Notes under the pieces: model-generated
What the model saw: the letters and a program-made list of their open reading frames with translations, nothing else
Told to the model about the DNA's origin: nothing
The model's database searches: none
Shown here: piece by piece, positions 1 to 11,100 of the stretch
Position numbering within the stretch: the first letter of the stretch is position 1
Layout of the letters: each line of letters begins with the position of its first letter
Made by a program: the position numbers and the translations under genes
Source: a bacterium
Lineage (GTDB): Bacteria > Pseudomonadota > Alphaproteobacteria > Rickettsiales > RI-342
NCBI GenBank assembly: GCA_016124905.1
Contig: WGMV01000011.1
Span: forward strand, 82,673 to 146,672
DNA: 64,000 bases
Reading direction: 5' to 3'

Positions 1-2
1 AC

Positions 3-743
3 AAGTTCGACGACGGCTTCGGCGGCGGCGCCAAACTTGCCGAACAAGCCAAAAAACTGGGCTTCAAGCTGGATCACGTAGCCGCCGTCAATGCCGATGG
101 CAAAACGCCCGAAGGCAAGGATGCCGACGTTCCGGCCAAACTCAAGCCCGTGCTCGGCAAGGTGATGAGCGTGGACCCGTCACAGGGCGGTTTCATTGTC
201 GCTCTGGATGACGGCAGCTATGCCGCCATCGAGGTCACCAACAAGGTGGCAAGCAAAATCCCGCCGATGGACGAGATCAAGGACAAGCTGGTGACGGCGT
301 GGAAAACCTCCCGCGCCGCCGAAGTCGCACAGGAGAAAGCCGCGAAAATCGCCAAGGAATGGGCCAGTGAAAACGGCATCGGCAACATCGCCGCCAAATA
401 CGACCTCACCACCCCACAGGTCATCGCCATCACCCGCAAGGAACCGGATAAATCCGTGCCGCAATCCGTCCAGGGCCAGGCCGTGGAGCTGAAAACCGGC
501 GGCGTTACCCAGCCTCAGCCCACGCCCAAAGGCGACTGGGTGGTTGCCAAGCTGCTGAAGCAGACTGTGCCGCAGAACATTCCGCAGGGGGAAATCCAGA
601 ACGCAGGCAACCAGATGCTGCCGACGCTCTATCAGGATGTGCTGGCCTATTACGAAAAAAGCCTCCGTCAGCATCACAATGTCACCATCAACCTGCCGGA
701 GATGGCCAAACCGCAGCAGGATGAAGCCGGTCAGGATAGCTGA
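3..743 (+). CDS. C-terminal part of a PpiD/SurA-like periplasmic chaperone (peptidyl-prolyl isomerase D family); 5' end lies outside the window
   Basis: Frame 3 is open from the window edge (KFDDGFGGGAKLAEQAKKLGF...) into listed ORF 150..743. Its TGA stop overlaps the trpE ATG (TGATG at 741-745). The family call rests only on residue pattern and on its position upstream of trpE. Confidence 0.5.
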   Translation, partial: KFDDGFGGGAKLAEQAKKLGFKLDHVAAVNADGKTPEGKDADVPAKLKPVLGKVMSVDPSQGGFIVALDDGSYAAIEVTNKVASKIPPMDEIKDKLVTAWKTSRAAEVAQEKAAKIAKEWASENGIGNIAAKYDLTTPQVIAITRKEPDKSVPQSVQGQAVELKTGGVTQPQPTPKGDWVVAKLLKQTVPQNIPQGEIQNAGNQMLPTLYQDVLAYYEKSLRQHHNVTINLPEMAKPQQDEAGQDS

Positions 744-2242
744 TGCATATCCAGCCGGACCATTATAGCTTCAGCCAGACCTACGATGCGGGCAAACCCC
801 AGGTCATCTGGGCGGAACTGCACGCGGACACAGAAACCCCGGTCAGCGCCGCGCTGAAATTGCTTCCGAAGGACGGCTACGGCTTCCTGCTTGAATCCGT
901 CCATGGCGGCGAAACCCGTGGGCGTTACTCCCTGCTCGGCATGGACCCCGACCTGCTCTGGCGTTGCAACGGCAAACTGGCCGAACATGCCGTGCTGGAA
1001 GCGAACAAAGCCCCCGACTGGGTAAAGTCCGACCGCACCGCGCTGGAAGACCTTCGCCATTTCCTCAACGAATCCCGCCTGGAAACCACCCCCGGCCTGC
1101 CCCCATTGCCCACCGCCATGGTCGGCTATCTGGGCTATGAAATGACCGGCCTGGCGGAAAAAATGCCTGAGCCAAAAGACGGTGAGGACATCCCTGATGC
1201 CCTGCTCATGCGCCCGCAATCCATGCTGGTGTTCGATGCCGTCAAAGGCACCATGGTGCTGGGCCGCGTGGTGCGCCCCAGCAAGAATGTGCTGGCCGAG
1301 CAGGCCTATGTGGATGCCAAACAACGGCTGGAAGCCATGGCCGAGCTGCTCTCCACTCCCCTGCCCGCCACCCGCCCTCGCGCCGTCAAGCCGACACCGA
1401 AAGCGAGTGATTCCTTCACCTCCAACATCAGCCGCGCCGGGTTTTACCATATGGTCGAACGCGCCAAGGAATATATCCGCGCGGGCGACATCTTCCAGGT
1501 GGTGCTGAGCCAGCGCTTCACCGCGCCTTTCAAGCAATCCCCCTTCGCCTTCTACCGGGCGCTTCGCCACCTCAACCCCTCGCCCTTCCTGTTCCTGCTG
1601 AACATGGGCGGCTTCCAGCTGGTCGGCTCCAGCCCCGAAATTCTTGTTCGCCTGCGCGATGGCAAGGTCACCGTCCGCCCCATCGCTGGCACCCGGCCCC
1701 GCGGCAAAACCACGGAAGAGGATAACCGCCTGGCCGAGGAACTTTTGGCCGATGAGAAAGAATGCGCCGAACACCGCATGCTGCTGGACCTCGGCCGCAA
1801 CGATGCCGGAAAAGTCTCCAAAGGCGGCACCGTGCAGGTGACCCAGCGCATGATCATCGAGCGCTACTCCCACGTCATGCACGTGGTCTCCAACGTGGAA
1901 GGCGACATCCGCCCGGAATGCGATGCGCTGGACGCCCTGCTGGCAGGCTTCCCCGCAGGCACCGTCAGCGGCGCCCCCAAAATCCGCGCCATGGAAATCA
2001 TCCACGAGCTGGAACCGCAAAAACGCGGCTTCTACGCCGGTGGTGTCGGCTATTTCGCCGCCGACGGCAGCATGGACAGCTGCATCACGCTGCGCACCGC
2101 CCTCATCAAAGACGGAAAAATCCACGTCCAGGCAGGCGGCGGCATCGTGGCCGACAGCACGCCAGACGGCGAATACCAGGAAAGCTACAACAAAGCCAAA
2201 GCCCTCATGGTCGCCGCCGAATCCGCCGCGGAATTCAGCTAA
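743..2242 (+). CDS. trpE: anthranilate synthase component I
   Basis: 499-aa ORF with typical TrpE blocks: FLLESVHGGETRGRYS, GDIFQVVLSQRF, SSPEILVR, IAGTRPRG, LLDLGRNDAGKV, YSHVMHVVSNVEG, GTVSGAPKIRAMEII, RGFYAGGVGY. Confidence 0.95.
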   Translation: MHIQPDHYSFSQTYDAGKPQVIWAELHADTETPVSAALKLLPKDGYGFLLESVHGGETRGRYSLLGMDPDLLWRCNGKLAEHAVLEANKAPDWVKSDRTALEDLRHFLNESRLETTPGLPPLPTAMVGYLGYEMTGLAEKMPEPKDGEDIPDALLMRPQSMLVFDAVKGTMVLGRVVRPSKNVLAEQAYVDAKQRLEAMAELLSTPLPATRPRAVKPTPKASDSFTSNISRAGFYHMVERAKEYIRAGDIFQVVLSQRFTAPFKQSPFAFYRALRHLNPSPFLFLLNMGGFQLVGSSPEILVRLRDGKVTVRPIAGTRPRGKTTEEDNRLAEELLADEKECAEHRMLLDLGRNDAGKVSKGGTVQVTQRMIIERYSHVMHVVSNVEGDIRPECDALDALLAGFPAGTVSGAPKIRAMEIIHELEPQKRGFYAGGVGYFAADGSMDSCITLRTALIKDGKIHVQAGGGIVADSTPDGEYQESYNKAKALMVAAESAAEFS

Positions 2243-2264
2243 CTACTTTTATCCATTTAAAGAA

Positions 2265-2548
2265 ACAGCCGTGAGCGCGCCGCATACGGCGCTGTCTCAT
2301 TGCGAACACCGTGAGCAGGAAACAAAACAAAAGTCACAGCCGTGAGCGCGCCGCGTACGGCGCTGTTTCATTGCGAACTCCGTGAGCAGGAAACAAAACA
2401 AAAGTCACAGCCGTGAGCGCGCCGCATACGGCGCTGTCTCATTGCGAACACCGTGAGCAGGAAACAAAACAAAAGTCACAGCCGTGAGCGCACCGCGTAC
2501 GGCGCTGTTTCATTGCGAACTCCGTGAGCAGGAAACAAAACAAAAGTC
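2265..2548. repeat. tandem repeat, 4 copies of a 71-bp unit in two alternating variants
   Basis: The 'gtgagcgcgc' anchor recurs at 2271, 2342, 2413 and 2484 (period 71). Copies 1 and 3 are identical to each other, as are copies 2 and 4 (variants cat/cgt, gtctc/gtttc, acacc/aactc). Each unit carries a GC-rich hairpin (GCGCCG-cata/cgta-CGGCGC) and an A-rich tail (ggaaacaaaacaaaagtc). Confidence 0.9.
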
Positions 2549-2620
2549 GGAGCGCGCTACGCGCGACGGGGCGCGCCTTATTGGCGCGTGATGCCATGCT
2601 TCGCATGGCCACTCAAAGGA

Positions 2621-2656
2621 GCATTAACAGCGAAACTAAAGTTTCGCTGTTAATGC
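2621..2656 (-). terminator. perfect 17-bp inverted repeat (2-nt centre) overlapping the pelG stop codon; possible end-of-operon hairpin
   Basis: The sequence is gcattaacagcgaaact-aa-agtttcgctgttaatgc. The right arm encodes the last PelG residues (LTAKL) and the TAG stop sits in the loop. There is no clear U-run afterwards, so terminator function is uncertain. Confidence 0.35.
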
Positions 2657-4024
2657 GGGATTGTTCGTCACAAACGCATGGAACGTCACGCGCTTCAGGT
2701 AATTCACCACCACGAATGCGCTCACGCCGAAGGACAGCACGCTGGCGAGGAAGAAGCCCACGCCGTAATAAGTGAAGCCCATATGCATGGAGATGATCGT
2801 CAGCAGCGTGTTGGCAATCGCGAACAGCAGCTGCAACATCACCACCGTCTTACGGTCGTCGAAATAGCTGAGCACGATCATCAGGAACACCGACAGGATC
2901 ATGAAGAAGGTACCGAGCGTACCCACGCGGAAGATACCAATCACCATGTAATCCAGGTTCAGCCATTCGAATATCTTCGGCGCCATCACGAAGCAGAGGA
3001 AGCAGATGCTGCCCTGAAGCACGATGAACCCGCGCGTGTTGTTGAACACGTGAGCTTTCACCTGCTCCTGGTTTTGCTTGATACGCGCCAGGTTGGCATG
3101 CTGCAGCATATCGCGGAAATAGCGCAGATACTTTTTGAAGAAGCTGGTCTCCACGCTGAACACGAACAGCGCCAACGACGGCAGAATGGTGAAGTAAGCA
3201 AGGAACATGCCCACGTCATAGGCCTGGTGATAGATCATCCCGCTCGGGTGCACACCGCGATCCGGAGCAAACCACATGATCCATTTATCGATCCAGATGC
3301 CGTAATTGTAGAGGAAACCGCTCGCGGCCAGCTCCCAGTAACGGCGGAAATATGGCGTGAAGGCGAACAGCTCATTGTTCGGCGCGCCATATTGCATGAA
3401 CACCAGTGCGGTGAGCGGAAACACGATCACCGTCAGACCGATGGTGAAAGACGCCACCATGCCCGCCACGCCATATGTATGGCCGAGCCAGGGCATCAGC
3501 AGCACGGCCAGCGCCATGCCCACGAAATACCAGAAGCTGATGGACCAGTAATCCTTCAGCGAGGCGATGAACACGCACACCACCCACATGCTGGAAACCA
3601 GCATGTAATTGATGATGGCCAGGATGCGCACCGGCGTCTCAAAATCCCAGTAAAACCCATAGAAAAAGATCACAATGGGTAGCTGGATGGCATAGGCAAG
3701 CAACAACGCCCCGATCATGGAGCCCGATAGCGTGTCGAGGTTCTTGTCGTGAATACAATCCGCCAGATACCGCGTCACCGTCATGTAGATCGGCCCGGTA
3801 AACAGCACCGAGAAGGCGAAATTGTAAATGATGATGAGACGGAACGTCTCCACACCCGGCAGGTAATCGAAATCGGAGCTGAGGTAATAGGCGCCATACA
3901 GGGCGAATACCGTCATCAGCCACGGACCGGCGGAAGCGATGGCCGCATGGGTATAGGCCTGCGCCACACCCATAAGGTCATCCTTGCGGGTCAGTTTACG
4001 GAGTACGAAGCCAATACCAGCCAT
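2636..4024 (-). CDS. pelG: Pel polysaccharide biosynthesis membrane protein PelG (MOP/PST-like exporter)
   Basis: 462-aa polytopic membrane protein. The N-terminus MAGIGFVLRKLTRKDDLMGVAQAY...ASAGPW is the characteristic PelG start. It is the last gene of a colinear pel cluster, 1 nt after the pelF stop. Confidence 0.9.
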   Translation of the reverse strand: MAGIGFVLRKLTRKDDLMGVAQAYTHAAIASAGPWLMTVFALYGAYYLSSDFDYLPGVETFRLIIIYNFAFSVLFTGPIYMTVTRYLADCIHDKNLDTLSGSMIGALLLAYAIQLPIVIFFYGFYWDFETPVRILAIINYMLVSSMWVVCVFIASLKDYWSISFWYFVGMALAVLLMPWLGHTYGVAGMVASFTIGLTVIVFPLTALVFMQYGAPNNELFAFTPYFRRYWELAASGFLYNYGIWIDKWIMWFAPDRGVHPSGMIYHQAYDVGMFLAYFTILPSLALFVFSVETSFFKKYLRYFRDMLQHANLARIKQNQEQVKAHVFNNTRGFIVLQGSICFLCFVMAPKIFEWLNLDYMVIGIFRVGTLGTFFMILSVFLMIVLSYFDDRKTVVMLQLLFAIANTLLTIISMHMGFTYYGVGFFLASVLSFGVSAFVVVNYLKRVTFHAFVTNNPALTAKL

Positions 4025-4025
4025 G

Positions 4026-5519
4026 TTACGCCACTTTCCTGATAGTCGGTTTGCTTACCAGATCGCTGTAGAGCTTTTTGTAAGCCTCGATCTGCATATC
4101 CTTGCGGTAATAGGTCTGCACGCGGCGGCGGATGGCCTTGCTCGCTTCATTGTAGCGGTCGGCATCCGTCAGCAGGCTGATGATGGCCTGCGCCGTCTCC
4201 TGGGAGGAAGCCAGACCCGTCACGGCGCCACCGGCGCCTAATGCGGGGTCTTCGTCTTCCGTGCCCATCACCAGCTCGCGGCAGGCGCCCACATCCGTCA
4301 CCACGGAGGGGATACCGGCTGCGCCGGCTTCCAGCAGCACCAGCGGCTGGGCTTCGGAAATGCTGGTCATGACCATCAGGTCGACCATCGGGAGGTATTT
4401 TTCCACTTCCACCTTGCCGGTGAAGGTGATGTTGCCTTCCAGCATAAGGTGGGCGACGAGCTGTTTGCACTCCTCGAAATATTCGGGGTCCTCGTCCGTC
4501 GGGCCGAGGATATAGGCATCCAGGTTCGGGATATGCTGCTTCACCACCGCGCAGGCGCGGATGAAGGTCTTCACGTCCTTAATCGGCACCACACGGCCGA
4601 TGAAGGCCACGGTGGGGCGTTCCGCCGGGCTGTGGCCCAGGCTGCTGTAACGCTGGAAATCGATCCCGTTCGGGATGACCTGAAGCTTGCGCGGGTCCGC
4701 GCCGCCTTCGATCTGCGCGCGCTGATTCCCTTGGAACAGCGTCACGATCGGATCGGCCGCCTCATAGCAGATGTTCGCATAGCTCATGAAAGCATCCATC
4801 CACATCTGGCGCAGGTCCTTGATGGGGCGGTCCATACCCAGGTGAATCGGGGATTCATCGCCGATCCAGTCGGCCATGTTGATCTCGATGCGGCGTTCGT
4901 TGGTATAAATACCATGCTCGGTCAGCGCGCAGCGGCCGCCCGTTTCATGGGCCAGACGCGCGGCCATGATGCCGGCGAAACCCGTGGACAGCGCATGATA
5001 CACCTTGGCCTTCGGCGCATCGGCCAGAAGCAGCGAGAACAACCCACCCATCAGCGAGCGCCAGGACCAGAAAAAGTCCAGGAAGGAGCTCTCCGCATGG
5101 TGCTCTTCGTAAATCTCGGTCATCATTTCCCAGCTTGCCTCGGAATCGAGCAATACATGAGAGCCAATGCCCGGATAAGCGCGGATAAGGTCGATCATCG
5201 CACGCAGATTGTCCATATGGCCCTGGCCGGTGAACATGGCGTCCACATGCGGCTTCATGCGGGCGAACAGGTCGGTCGGCACTTTTTCGGCGCCTTTTGG
5301 CAGCACCTGAAGGCGCACATCCACGATATCCACCACGTTTTTCGGCAGCACGTATTTACGTGCCAGCTCGTCATCCTTCGGCTGGATGCAAAGCAGCGAG
5401 AATTTCGTATCCGGCAGGCTCAGGATCAGGTCATGCACCCAGGCGGAAACACCGCCCACCACATACGGGTAGGTACCTTCCAGAATCAGACAGACATCGG
5501 ACTGAGGGCGCGAGCTCAT
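4026..5519 (-). CDS. pelF: GT4 glycosyltransferase PelF
   Basis: 497 aa. The N-terminal DVCLILEGTYPYVVGGVSAWVHDLI block is typical of PelF, and there is a GT4 EX7E-type region (SISEAQPLVLLEAGAAGIP). It has a 4-nt overlap with the pelE stop. Confidence 0.9.
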   Translation of the reverse strand: MSSRPQSDVCLILEGTYPYVVGGVSAWVHDLILSLPDTKFSLLCIQPKDDELARKYVLPKNVVDIVDVRLQVLPKGAEKVPTDLFARMKPHVDAMFTGQGHMDNLRAMIDLIRAYPGIGSHVLLDSEASWEMMTEIYEEHHAESSFLDFFWSWRSLMGGLFSLLLADAPKAKVYHALSTGFAGIMAARLAHETGGRCALTEHGIYTNERRIEINMADWIGDESPIHLGMDRPIKDLRQMWMDAFMSYANICYEAADPIVTLFQGNQRAQIEGGADPRKLQVIPNGIDFQRYSSLGHSPAERPTVAFIGRVVPIKDVKTFIRACAVVKQHIPNLDAYILGPTDEDPEYFEECKQLVAHLMLEGNITFTGKVEVEKYLPMVDLMVMTSISEAQPLVLLEAGAAGIPSVVTDVGACRELVMGTEDEDPALGAGGAVTGLASSQETAQAIISLLTDADRYNEASKAIRRRVQTYYRKDMQIEAYKKLYSDLVSKPTIRKVA

Positions 5520-6637
5520 GCGACCTTCTCCTTACGGTTATCAATGATGATGGCAGCCCAGCTGCGCACCGTTTCCTTCACCACCATCGGCAGCGTGTCG
5601 ATCGCCTCGATCGAGGCCACATGGCGGCGGGCGAGTTCACCCAGCGCCTTGAAGCGGCCTTTGCGGAAATAGCTTTCCATCAGCCACAGCACCAGCGCGG
5701 GGTTGTAGGTGCCGCGTTGCATGGCGGATTCCAGCCACTCGATGGCCTTGTCATCCTGCCCGCTGCGGGCATAAAGGCGGCCAACGGCCAGCACGGCGCC
5801 CGCATCATTGGGTTCGCGCTCCAGGTAGCGTTGGTAATGTTTCAGGGCTTCCTTGCGGCTTTCCGCCTCGGAATCCACCGAGGTCAGACCCGCATAGGCA
5901 TGTTCGTCATGCAATTGTGCCAGCGCATAATGCAGGCGCGGGTCATTCGGGTGGGTTTTCTCGATATCCTTAAGGAACATCAGGCGCTGCATGAAGCGAT
6001 TTTCGATACTCGCCATGGCGGTGGCGGCCTGAATGCGCACGGAGTTGTTCTCATCCTTCAGCGCAAGCTTCAGCGCGGGCATGAAGGACGGCTGAAAATG
6101 GCGGCCGAGAATGCCGAGCATGTCCTGTTTCTGGCGCACGGTGCCGAGTTGGAGAATCTCACGGAACGGCACCACCGTATATTCCGGCAGCGCGTCCTGC
6201 TGGTAGCGCTCCAGGTAATCGGCCAGCTTCTCGCCTTCCGTCACCAGGTCTTCCGGGAACATGTAGGCAAACCACTCATTGAACGTGCGCGGACGCATCA
6301 CGGTGCGGATCAGCGAGGCCATCACCATGCCCGCGGCACCGAACGGTCCCATCACGCCAATCACCATCGCCAGCAGAATTGGCCCCTGGGACAGACGGCC
6401 CAGTGCCACGCCGCCGCGCGCCATGAAGGCGGCCACGGCCGTCACCGCAATATGCAGCAGTAGCACGAACAGCAACGGGAACGTACCCTTTACGGCCCAG
6501 ACAAAAAGGATGAACTCGACCACGAAGGCGATGACGGACAGCAGCAGGGTGCTGATGCCGGGGCCACCTTCGGGCACGATCATGATGGTGTCATCATCAT
6601 CCTGCTTGGTGAAAAACTGTTCGTGACGCTTCGTCAT
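5516..6637 (-). CDS. pelE: PelE-like inner-membrane TPR protein
   Basis: 373 aa with two N-terminal hydrophobic helices followed by TPR-like helical repeats (..ALKHYQRYLEREPNDAGAVLAVGRLYARSGQDDKAIEWLE..). It occupies the syntenic position between pelD and pelF. Confidence 0.7.
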   Translation of the reverse strand: MTKRHEQFFTKQDDDDTIMIVPEGGPGISTLLLSVIAFVVEFILFVWAVKGTFPLLFVLLLHIAVTAVAAFMARGGVALGRLSQGPILLAMVIGVMGPFGAAGMVMASLIRTVMRPRTFNEWFAYMFPEDLVTEGEKLADYLERYQQDALPEYTVVPFREILQLGTVRQKQDMLGILGRHFQPSFMPALKLALKDENNSVRIQAATAMASIENRFMQRLMFLKDIEKTHPNDPRLHYALAQLHDEHAYAGLTSVDSEAESRKEALKHYQRYLEREPNDAGAVLAVGRLYARSGQDDKAIEWLESAMQRGTYNPALVLWLMESYFRKGRFKALGELARRHVASIEAIDTLPMVVKETVRSWAAIIIDNRKEKVA

Positions 6638-6658
6638 GGGGATATTCTCTTTTATGCG

Positions 6659-8128
6659 TTAAGCGACCTGGCGGGGAGCATGGCGGTAAAGGCTGCGCAC
6701 CTCATGGGCGAAGCGCGGCTTGGAGCCTTTGCGGCCGGTGGCTTTTTTGCCAAGGGCTTTCTGGATTTTGTCCACCACTACATGCGCATTCTGCGCCGGG
6801 GTATAGGGCAGCAGCACCGCATAGTTCCAGTGATTGTCGTTATATTCAAACGCCTGGTCCACCGCGCGGAGGTTGGAGCGAACGGCCTCGCCCAGGGCAA
6901 CAGCGGCCTGCTGCTGGCCTTCGCGGTCCAGTTCATCCACGTTTTCCACACGCACCAGCACCATGCTCACGTCAAAACCGGCACGTTTGCCAAGGGCGGA
7001 AAGGAAATCGCTCTGGCGGCGCAGGAAGGACTGCGACAGCAGCTGGAGCGACGGGTTGATGAGGCTTTCCTTCTTCGCATCCTGATAACGGCGTGCGTTG
7101 GTGTAGGTCGCGCCCACCCATTCGCACAGCATACGGAAGGTTTCCACCGTGGTCAGGTTGATATCAAGGAAGTGGCATTTCTCCACTTTCAGCATGCCGA
7201 TCACCTCACCGGTGTCCTTGTTCAGAACCGGCCCGGCGATCAGGCCTTCATGGCCCAGAATGTCGCGCTGGTCATCATTGATGACGGTCAGGAATTCGCG
7301 CTTGGAAACAACGGCTTCAAACAGCGGGTTCGTGTTGTTGATTACCGGCTGATAAAGGTCGTCATCTTCCCAGTTCTGGGAGATCACCACTTCCAGCTTG
7401 TTATTGTTCAGCAGATACAGCGAGAATTTCTCGGCATGCATCAATGCCTGCACGAACTCGCCCACCGCCATCACCACATCGCGCGGCTCGAGCTTTTCCA
7501 GCTTGTTGGCGGCGGTATAAAGCGACAGACCGCTCTTCATCTGGGAAGCCATCTGCACTTCGAGGTTGTTCTTCACCTTCTCAAGCTGGCGGAAGGACTG
7601 GCTGATGAATTCCTCGCGCTCTTTGGCTTTCTCGTAGAATTCACGCAGCAGGTCGCGCTCGCGGATCTGGCGCAGGCGCAATTCACCCAGCAGCAGCGCG
7701 CTGACGAACCAGAGGATCGGCAACTTGGTCATGGCCAGCAAAAAGTCGTAATCCGTCATGTCCAGCGTCTTGGCCGGCAGGTTGCCGATCAGGAAGGCAA
7801 GCGTTGCAATCGTGGCGGCCAGCAAACCCTCGCTGCTGCCATATTGCGTGGCGATCATCACCACGATGATGAAGAACGGGTGCGGGTTCACATCGGCGAA
7901 TCGGTTGCCATGCCAGAAAAAGTCGATGATCAGCGCGAGCACGAAGAAGATCGCGATCTCAATCACCGCCGAGGTACGGAAGCCGAATATGCGCGGCAGA
8001 TCCTTCTGGGGCAGTTCTTCCTCCGCCTGGTTGGACTGGAAGTGAACCTTGCGGTTCGCCCCAAAATCCGCGGGGAAGACCGAGCTGGACTGCGCGGAAC
8101 CCGGTTTGTTGGAAAAGCTGTTGCTCAT
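6659..8128 (-). CDS. pelD: PelD-like c-di-GMP receptor (TM + GAF + degenerate GGDEF)
   Basis: 489 aa with four N-terminal hydrophobic segments, then a soluble region carrying an RxxD I-site-like motif (LRRQSDF) and no GGDEF catalytic motif. It occupies the pelD position upstream of pelE. Confidence 0.8.
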   Translation of the reverse strand: MSNSFSNKPGSAQSSSVFPADFGANRKVHFQSNQAEEELPQKDLPRIFGFRTSAVIEIAIFFVLALIIDFFWHGNRFADVNPHPFFIIVVMIATQYGSSEGLLAATIATLAFLIGNLPAKTLDMTDYDFLLAMTKLPILWFVSALLLGELRLRQIRERDLLREFYEKAKEREEFISQSFRQLEKVKNNLEVQMASQMKSGLSLYTAANKLEKLEPRDVVMAVGEFVQALMHAEKFSLYLLNNNKLEVVISQNWEDDDLYQPVINNTNPLFEAVVSKREFLTVINDDQRDILGHEGLIAGPVLNKDTGEVIGMLKVEKCHFLDINLTTVETFRMLCEWVGATYTNARRYQDAKKESLINPSLQLLSQSFLRRQSDFLSALGKRAGFDVSMVLVRVENVDELDREGQQQAAVALGEAVRSNLRAVDQAFEYNDNHWNYAVLLPYTPAQNAHVVVDKIQKALGKKATGRKGSKPRFAHEVRSLYRHAPRQVA

Positions 8129-8163
8129 GATCGTCTTCCTTAGGTTTTCGTCTGAAATAAGGG

Positions 8164-11100
8164 TTAGAAACGTTTGGTGATGTAGGCGCCGACGCGATCG
8201 ACACGGTCACCGGTCGCATTGGAGCTGAGGGTGCTGCTGCCGCGAAGCGTGGCGAGCCATTCATCGGTCAGCAGATAATTGAGCTCGCCCCCGGCGAACG
8301 GCCCGTGGCCGCCCAGTCGGTCATAGGCATAACCGCCATAGGCTTCCCACCAGAAATTCTCGTGGCTGATATCGTCGCGCACGTTCAGGGCGAGGGAGTG
8401 AATCTCACGGCTGAAGATCGGCAGCGGACGGAAGCGCGCGCCACCACGGTTGTAGAACTCGGAATCGTCAAACAGGTATTCCCCGTCGAAACCGTAAACC
8501 ACGCGAAGCTCGGGCTTGGTGAACTGCGGCAGGCGATACCCCACCAGCGCGTTCACGCCCATACCGTCGGCCACTTCGTCGTCGCCGCTATCCACGGTAT
8601 AACGCACATAGTTGGTGCCTACGCCGCCGAACCAGTTTTCGCCATAGCGCATATCCTGATACACGCCGTAACGGTCGCGGTTGGCTTCGCTCACGATACC
8701 CTGGCCGAGGATCCAGAACGGCTTGTTATACTCGCCGAAGAATCGCAGGGCGCCGAGGAAACCGGGCACGCTGTAAGCACCTTCCACACCGGCGCCGCTG
8801 TTGCTGCCGATAACGCCGAGCTCGCCCACATTCCCGTTATCGAAAATGTGATGGTAGTAAAGCTCCGCCATCCAGGCATTGTCATCCACATTGCTGACCG
8901 TGCCGTCGAGATTATAGGCATTGTCCATCTTGTAGAAGAAATGGTCGTAGACGAAACCGATCTTGTCGTAATTTTTCAGCAGCTTGTGGCCTTTCACCGT
9001 CGTCATGATACCTTCTTCGGCATCCTGCGTCTGGCGCCATTCCGCACCGGCGGTCAGCTGCGTGCGCTGGCGGTCGTAAATCCGCTTGCGAACGCGGGCA
9101 AGGTCCTTGTTCTCCGGCGCAACGGCGGTGGCGTCATCCAGGCTGCGCAACGCCTGCTGCTGGAAGCCCATGTAGTTGTAGATGCTTGCCTGGCCGATTT
9201 TCGGATAGGGACTGTCGGGATATTCCGCTTCCAGCGCCTTGTATTTGGCAAGCGCCTGCTGGGTCTGGCCGCGGCCCACCATCAGCTCGGCGCGCAGCAG
9301 TTCGATGCGCAGCTTCTGGGAACCGATGGCGCTGCCACCTTGCTCATAATCATCGCCGAGCAGTTGCACCGGCTCCTGCCCATCGGGCAGCGGCGCCAGG
9401 CTGTTGATGAGCCTTTCGGCTTCATTGTATTTCTGCTGCTTGATCAGCACTTCCGCATAGTCACCCGCAACTTCGTAATCATCGGGGTTCTGGCTGTTGA
9501 GCCACTTGTAAATCTCAAGCGCTTCGCCTTCGCGGCCCAGCAGGTAACGGGCCTTGGCTTCCGCCAGCCAGATGTTGCGGTCTTTTTCCTGGGCATTTTC
9601 GATCAGCTCCAGCGTGCGCACAAGATGCTTTTTGGCATTCTCATGCTCTTCGCTGCGCAGATAGATGATGCCGAGGCGCAGATGCACCAGGTAATCCGGG
9701 TCGATGTAATCGCCCTCGCCTGCTTTATCCGACGTCTCTTTCAGGTAACGGTTGTAATAGCTTTTGGCTGCGTCGAAATCGCCTTCAAAGAAGGAGATAT
9801 TGCCGAGCTCCTTCAGCATATACGGCGCAAACGCATCCGTATTCAGCACGCGCTCGAAACCCTCGCGCGCCAGCTTCATCAGGCCTGCGCTGTTGGCGGC
9901 ATTGGCATAGAACGCCACGCGCTCGGGGTTTTTCTCGCGTTCCATCGCCTGACGGAGGATCGGCTCCAGCACGGCTTTGTTTTTCTGGTTCTGCAGCGCG
10001 GTGATGTACATATCCACCGTCTCTTCGCTTTCGCGGGTCAGGTCACGCCCTTGCATCACGTCGGCCACCAGGTCGTTGCGGCGAACGCTCACCAGGTGCT
10101 TCAGCCAGCCGGCGCGGGCTTTGCCTTCGCTGCCATTGGCATTGGCCAGCAGCCAGTTCACGCCTTCCGCCGGGGGTTGCTGGCCCCAAAGAAACACAGT
10201 CTGCTGCACGTCCTTATTGTTCGGCTGGTTTTTCGGGGCTTTCTGCGCCAGTTTAAAGAAGAGCCTGGAAGCCTCGGTCTTCTCGCCCGCATCGGAAAGC
10301 TTATAAGCCAGCACGCGCATTTCGGCATCGTTGGTCGTTTTGGCGGCACGGGCTTTCCACAGCGGCACCAGGTCTTTCTTGATGCCACGCTTCTTCAGCG
10401 CGTCTTCATAGGCAAACAGCCAGTTGCCGCCCTGGTTCACAGCCAGGGATTCGAGATATGGCAGCGCCTTGGACGCATCGCCATGCTTGATGAGCAAACC
10501 GATATAGCCGTTCTTGTCGTTCTGGCTCACGCTCGGGCTTTTGAGGGCGAATTCCGTGAAGGCCACCACATCCTTGGTCTGCTTGGCCTTCAGCGCGTAG
10601 TTCACATAAAGCGGGCCGTATTTGGCCGGGTTTTTGTAAGCCAGCTGTTTCACCATCGGCAGGGCCACGTTGTAAGCGCCCATTTCCAGCAGGTTGTTCA
10701 TGGCAACCTCGCGGTCATCCTGGTCCAGCTTGGGGTCGTTGTAACGGGCGATAAGCAGCTGGATATATTTCTCACGCGCAGCGGCATAGCCGGGGGATTT
10801 CGGTCCCGCGCGCACCACTTTCTGGAGTGCGGCGAAATAGATATCGTTTTTCGCCAGCTGCTCGGAATTATACTTGCCTTCCAGCAGCGCGATCGTCTTG
10901 CCCGCCTCACCTGCACGCAGATAGGCCTGCATCAGGTTGGTCAGGCCAATTTCATCCTGCGGGTAAGCCGCATGGTAACGCTCGGCCACGGCCACCATGA
11001 AATGCGGCTGGTTGGCGGCGGAGGAAACATAATACAGATCAAGCAGAATGCGGTTGCTGGTCGCGGTCGGCTCCTTGTCGAGGAAGGCGAACACTTCCTT

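Noticed and set aside
2265-2548. The tandem repeat array as a possible CRISPR array.
   Set aside because: The 71-bp units abut directly with no unique spacers. The unit length is far above CRISPR repeat size, and there are no cas genes in the window.
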